Assembly: GCA_965368975.1 (NCBI GenBank)
Contig: CBDUPA010000008.1
Span: forward strand, 96,001-160,000
Direction: 5' to 3'
Length of the DNA: 64,000 bases
Source of the DNA: an uncultured bacterium
Lineage (GTDB): Bacteria > Acidobacteriota > Thermoanaerobaculia > Multivoradales > JAHZIX01
Position numbers and translations under genes: made by a program. Shown here in pieces: positions 59,875-64,000 of this stretch (position 1 is the first letter of the stretch; every line of letters starts with the position of its first letter). The notes beneath the pieces are model-generated. The model searched no databases, had not been told where the DNA came from, and saw only the letters and a list, made by a program, of their open reading frames with translations.

Positions 59875-60081
59875 TTAGCAATAACCCCAGTAGGTCAGCG
59901 TGCCGCCGCAAGCGGCCGGGCCAGAGTTGATGGTGTCGGTGACGGTGTCTTCCCAGTCCTTGTGGTCCTGGCACTCCAGGCCGTCAGACTCGTTGCCGCC
60001 CACGATGCGGCGCAGCTTGCCGGCGTTGAGGCTGTGCAGGGTTTCACGGTTCAAGGTCAGCTTACGATGTTGCTTCTTCAT
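59875..60081 (-). CDS. Lanthipeptide-like RiPP precursor 1
   Basis: Leader MKKQHRKLTLNRETLHSL...RIVGG; core with 3 Cys and 7 Ser/Thr ending TLTYWGYC; GGAG RBS. Confidence 0.75.
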   Translation of the reverse strand: MKKQHRKLTLNRETLHSLNAGKLRRIVGGNESDGLECQDHKDWEDTVTDTINSGPAACGGTLTYWGYC

Positions 60082-60291
60082 TGTCTTGGAATCTCCAGCA
60101 GAAGGATCAGTGAATCCGACAGATCGTCGGTAGTGAACTGCTCCCTGTAACGGGCTAGTGAGCTGGAAGATTCTCGACTTCGCAAGAGTTTGCAGGTTTT
60201 TACAATCCGGAGGGAGCTGGAGGAGAGTGCCGAGAGAGGTGCCGGCCCCGCAGAAGGACTCCGGGAGCCGGCATGGTCTCGAGCGCGCGCG

Positions 60292-60477
60292 TCAGTCGCG
60301 AGCCATGACGGCGCCGTCGCAGTCCGGGTTGGTGATCTGCGACGGGCAGGTCGTGACGGCATCGCTGTCACAGAAGGCTGGACTCTCTGGGGCACCGGCC
60401 GCGATGTGCAGGCCGGATTCGGTCAGTCGGCCCAGGGTCTCGCGGGACAGCTTGAGGGTTGTCTTGCGCTTTCTCAT
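60292..60477 (-). CDS. Lanthipeptide-like RiPP precursor 2
   Basis: Leader MRKRKTTLKLSRETLGRL...HIAAG; core with 3 Cys and 6 Ser/Thr; GAGGAGG RBS. Confidence 0.72.
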   Translation of the reverse strand: MRKRKTTLKLSRETLGRLTESGLHIAAGAPESPAFCDSDAVTTCPSQITNPDCDGAVMARD

Positions 60478-60543
60478 TGTCTCCTCCTCATCGTAGTGGG
60501 TGGGGTGAAGTCATGAGCTTAGCAGCAGACCGGTGTTACGTAC

Positions 60544-60597
60544 GGGCACTGCTACATAGTGGGCACTGCTACTACATAGCGGGCACTGCTACATAGC
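60544..60597. repeat. 17-20-bp tandem repeat x3 containing the DUF420 stop codon
   Basis: GGGCACTGCTACATAGT / GGGCACTGCTACTACATAGC / GGGCACTGCTACATAGC. Confidence 0.9.
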
Positions 60598-61005
60598 GTA
60601 GAGCATGTAGTAGATCGCCCAGCCACTGATCGCGACGAACAGCCAGATCGGCAGGGTGATGCGTGCCCACTTCTTGTGCCGCTCGTAGTCGCCGCGCGCT
60701 AGTGCCAAGAAGATGAGGTAGAGCGCCATGGGGCCGACGGCAATGGCGAGTAGCACGTGGGGGATCAGTGTGCCGAAGTAGATAGTGCGCCAGATACCTT
60801 CGCCGTCGAAGCTCTTGGAGCCATACATCGCCCAGCGGCTGACGTAGGCAACCAGGAAGAGTCCGGCAAAGGCGGTCGCGGCGAGCATCGTGTTGCGGTG
60901 GGCCATGATCTTGCGGCGGCGGATCAGGACCCAGCCAACAATCAGGCTGACTCCGCTGAGGACGATGAACGTGGTACTGATCTGGGTGAGGGTTTCTAGG
61001 CTCAT
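60589..61005 (-). CDS. DUF420-family membrane protein
   Basis: HRNTMLAA..F..LFLVAY, HVLLA, HKKWARITLPIWLFVAISG..IYYMLY. Confidence 0.9.
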   Translation of the reverse strand: MSLETLTQISTTFIVLSGVSLIVGWVLIRRRKIMAHRNTMLAATAFAGLFLVAYVSRWAMYGSKSFDGEGIWRTIYFGTLIPHVLLAIAVGPMALYLIFLALARGDYERHKKWARITLPIWLFVAISGWAIYYMLYAM

Positions 61006-61055
61006 GCGTCGGAGTATACTGCTGCCACACGCGATGTAGCCGTGAAGGAGAGGCG

Positions 61056-61910
61056 ATGGGATTGATGGATCGATTGGGCCAGGCCGGCCGTGGGCTGGCG
61101 CGGGTCGGTGCGGGACTGACGGAGAAGCGGGAGCAGCTTTCGGACGGTGAGATCTGCTACCTGCGCGGTGGTAGTGGCGAGCCAGCGGTGTTTCTCCACA
61201 GCTTCGGCGGTAACAAGGATCAGTGGGTCTCTTTCGCGCGTCCGCTCAAGGGCAAGTTGGAGCTACTGCTGATCGATTTGCCGGGCTTCGGCGACAGCCA
61301 CCGCAATGCCCACGGGCGCTACGACGTGGTGTCGCAGGTCCGGCGCTTGCGGGCGCTGGTACAGAAGCTGAGCCTGAAGTCGGTGCACCTGGTGGGCGTC
61401 GGGCTGGGTGCCGACATCGCCGGTGTCTACGCGTCGCTGTTCGCTGGCGGCACGCGCTCGCTGGCGATGATCGAGCCGTGGGGCGTCCAGACCGAGGCCA
61501 AGAGTGAGCTGCAGAAGATGATGGACCGCGGTCATGCGCCACTGGTGGTGCGCACCGAAAACGAGTACGCGCGCGTCCAGAAGATGCAGCTGAAGAGCCC
61601 GCCAGCACCGGCCAAGGCGCAGGTACAGCAAGCAGTCGAGGATCGTCAGCTGCACGCCCGCATCTGGGAACACGTCTGGACGCAGCGCCCCTACTTGCTC
61701 GGTACGGTGCTAACAGAAATCAAGGTGCCGACGTTGTTGTTGTGGGGCGGGGGTAACCAGATGGTGCACCGAGAAGCCCTGGAGCTCTTGCAGAAGGGAC
61801 TGCCACAGAGCCAGACCGAGGTCTACCGCGACAGCGGGCACCTCGTGATGGTGGAGAAGGCGAAGGCAGCGTCCGACCGCTACCGCAAGTTCCTGGACAG
61901 TCTGGCCTGA
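61056..61910 (+). CDS. Alpha/beta hydrolase-fold protein lacking the nucleophile Ser
   Basis: FLHSFGG, IDLPGFGDS, VHLVGVGLG (GxSxG position is Gly), VPTLLLWG, GHLVMVE. Confidence 0.85.
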   Translation: MGLMDRLGQAGRGLARVGAGLTEKREQLSDGEICYLRGGSGEPAVFLHSFGGNKDQWVSFARPLKGKLELLLIDLPGFGDSHRNAHGRYDVVSQVRRLRALVQKLSLKSVHLVGVGLGADIAGVYASLFAGGTRSLAMIEPWGVQTEAKSELQKMMDRGHAPLVVRTENEYARVQKMQLKSPPAPAKAQVQQAVEDRQLHARIWEHVWTQRPYLLGTVLTEIKVPTLLLWGGGNQMVHREALELLQKGLPQSQTEVYRDSGHLVMVEKAKAASDRYRKFLDSLA

Positions 61911-61953
61911 CGCCTGGGGCAGTCCAGGCTGGAACCCACTGGAGACGAGCCGA

Positions 61954-62406
61954 ATGAAGATGTGGATACTGTTCGCCCTTGGCGCCGTGATCGCCTGGGG
62001 GGCCTACGCCCCGGTCGTCCACGAGGGGCAGAAGCACTTGGGCAACAGCGCCCTGCGCGCGTTCTTGGTGGTGGGCATCGCCTACTTTGCCACTGCCGTG
62101 CTGGCGCCGCTGGGAATCCTCGGCGGCACCGCGGAGCCCTGGGAGTTCGGCAGCCGCGGCGTTGCCTTTTCTGCCGCCGCCGGTGTGTTCAGTGCTCTGG
62201 GTGCTCTGTGCCTGATTCTAGCCCTCAACGCCGGCGGGACGCCTCTCGTCGTGGCGCCGCTGGTCTTCGCCGGCGCGCCGGTGGTCAATACTATGGTGAG
62301 CATGGCCTGGCAGCGGCCCAAGGCCCCGCCGGAGCCGCTGTTCTACGTCGGCTTGATCCTGACCGCTGTCGGTGTCTTCATCCTGCTGCGCTACCGCCCC
62401 TCCTGA
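61954..62406 (+). CDS. Small 5-TM DMT-like membrane protein
   Basis: WGAY, GALC, PLVFAGAPVVNT; five hydrophobic segments; GGAG RBS. Confidence 0.75.
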   Translation: MKMWILFALGAVIAWGAYAPVVHEGQKHLGNSALRAFLVVGIAYFATAVLAPLGILGGTAEPWEFGSRGVAFSAAAGVFSALGALCLILALNAGGTPLVVAPLVFAGAPVVNTMVSMAWQRPKAPPEPLFYVGLILTAVGVFILLRYRPS

Positions 62407-62478
62407 CGATCTCAGCGCATCACGAACCTGCCGTGCCCACGCTTTTGCATCGGGGTACGAAGCCTTGGAGTCTCAACC

Positions 62479-64000
62479 ATGACCGATTCGACACCCGAGC
62501 AGCCGAAGTCCGGACGCTTGAACTGGTGGCCACCGCTGATCTGGTTGGCCCTCTTGACCCTCGGCCTCACCTGGATGTGGAACGACATCGAGGTCGAGGG
62601 CACGACTCGCTTCATGGTCACACTGCCGGCCCTCTTGCTGACCGTCCTCTTCTTGCTGGGCTGGTGGCTGACCCGTCGACAACTGACTTGGGCCAAGCGC
62701 GGGCTCGGTGTGCTGGCTGCCGTGGCGGCCGTCGTGCTCCTCAGCTTCGTGGTGCGCATCCGAGACTTTGATGGCGACATGGTGCCCATCTTCGACTGGG
62801 CTTGGGGCACCGACCCGGCGGACCGTCTCGCCGATCGCACGGCGGACGGTCGCATTCCCGACGCGGCGCTGGCGGAGGCCTTCTTCGAGTGGCCGCAGTA
62901 TCTCGGACCCCCCCGTGATGCGCAGCTGCCGGCGGCGCGCACAGAAACCGGCGCCACGCTGGCCAGCGACTGGCAGACCACGCCGCCCGAAGAGCTGTGG
63001 CGCCGGCCTGTGGGTGCCGGCTGGGCCGGCTTTGCGGTGGTCGGACGGGTGGCCGTGACGCTGGAGCAGCGCGGTGACGCCGAGGTCGTCGCGGCCTATG
63101 ACTTGACGACCGGCGAGCCCTACTGGACGCACGCGGACACCATCCGTCACGAGTCACCTCTAGGGGGCATCGGGCCGCGTACGACGCCGTCCGTCGCCGA
63201 CGGTCGTGTCTACACCGTGGGTGGCAACGCCCTGCTCAACTGCCTCGATTTGGCAACCGGGGCGCGCCTGTGGAGTCACGACCTGCTCGCCGAGCACGGT
63301 GTGACCCTGCCGGAGTGGGGCAAGAGTACGTCGCCGCTGGTGACTGGTGACATGGTCGTCGTACCAGTGGGTGGCCCTGGAAAGGCGCTGGTCGCCTATC
63401 ACAAGGAGACCGGCGAGCTATTGTGGGCAGGAGGCGACGGAGACGCGTCCTATAGCTCACCGCTGCGCACCACGCTTGCCGGCCGTGACCAGTTGATCGT
63501 CTTCAATGCTGCCACGGTCAGCGGTCACGACCCCGCGGACGGTCGCCAGCTGTGGAGCCATCCGTGGGAAGGCTCGATTCCGACCATCTCGCAGCCGCTG
63601 CAGGTGGCCGACGATCTGCTGCTCGTGTCATCCGGCTATGGCATCGGCAGTAGCCTGCTGCGGTTGAGCCCTGAAGGGCAGAGCCCGTCGGAAGGAATCT
63701 CGGAAGAGCCGAGCTCGTCTGACAGGCAGAGTGACACGATGAGTGTCGAAGAGCTGTGGCATACACCGCGTATGAAGGCCAAGTTCACCAACCTGGTCCA
63801 GCACGACGATGCCATCTACGGCCTCGACGATGGCGTGCTGGCGTGTGTGCGCCTGGAAGACGGCGAGCGTTGTTGGAAGCGCGGCCGCTACGGCCACGGA
63901 CAGGTGATCAAGATCGGTGATCGGCTGCTGGTGTCGGCCGAAGATGGGGAAGTGCTGCTGCTCGAGTTGACACCCGAGGAACACCGAGTCCTGGCCAGCT
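62479..64000 (+). CDS. Membrane-anchored PQQ-binding-like beta-propeller protein (3' end beyond window)
   Basis: Missing from the ORF track, presumably because it has no stop in the window. Own translation from ATG 62479 (GGAG RBS): MTDSTPEQPKSGRLNWWPPLIWL..., 3 TM, then EWPQYLGPPRD, LWRRPVGAGWAGF, GPRTTPSVADGRVY. Confidence 0.85.
   Translation, partial: MTDSTPEQPKSGRLNWWPPLIWLALLTLGLTWMWNDIEVEGTTRFMVTLPALLLTVLFLLGWWLTRRQLTWAKRGLGVLAAVAAVVLLSFVVRIRDFDGDMVPIFDWAWGTDPADRLADRTADGRIPDAALAEAFFEWPQYLGPPRDAQLPAARTETGATLASDWQTTPPEELWRRPVGAGWAGFAVVGRVAVTLEQRGDAEVVAAYDLTTGEPYWTHADTIRHESPLGGIGPRTTPSVADGRVYTVGGNALLNCLDLATGARLWSHDLLAEHGVTLPEWGKSTSPLVTGDMVVVPVGGPGKALVAYHKETGELLWAGGDGDASYSSPLRTTLAGRDQLIVFNAATVSGHDPADGRQLWSHPWEGSIPTISQPLQVADDLLLVSSGYGIGSSLLRLSPEGQSPSEGISEEPSSSDRQSDTMSVEELWHTPRMKAKFTNLVQHDDAIYGLDDGVLACVRLEDGERCWKRGRYGHGQVIKIGDRLLVSAEDGEVLLLELTPEEHRVLAS

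Overview
GC-rich bacterial chromosomal segment. Gene order and family content suggest Acidobacteriota, possibly Thermoanaerobaculia (inference only). The first 17 kb is core: lysS, LolC/E-LolD, clpC, bamA-skp-lpxD-fabZ-lpxA, a GnnA-like oxidoreductase, mtnP-surE-pcm-acyP-apt and tRNA-Arg(CCT). mutL, rnc and asnS lie further along, mixed with accessory genes. Main candidates for undescribed systems: (1) a low-GC gene directly after tRNA-Arg whose product appears to join two ACT-like domains to a C-terminal TIR-like domain; (2) a convergent cassette of HprK/ScmC-like P-loop protein + PqqD/RRE facing a radical SAM enzyme with a reduced SPASM domain and a 1308-aa secreted Cys-rich gingipain (C25)-type protein, with no clear precursor; (3) a small-protein locus near 59-60.5 kb: a 73-aa protein + 9-Cys protein pair converging on two lanthipeptide-like precursors with no synthetase in the window; (4) a secreted Cys-rich mini-protein coupled to a 1061-aa carboxypeptidase-regulatory-like repeat protein. 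Two window-wide patterns: TANNNT boxes 6-7 nt before seven start codons (leaderless genes) and short tandem duplications that include stop codons. No CRISPR array, rRNA, integrase or transposase was recognised. All domain calls are by-eye motif recognition, not database searches.
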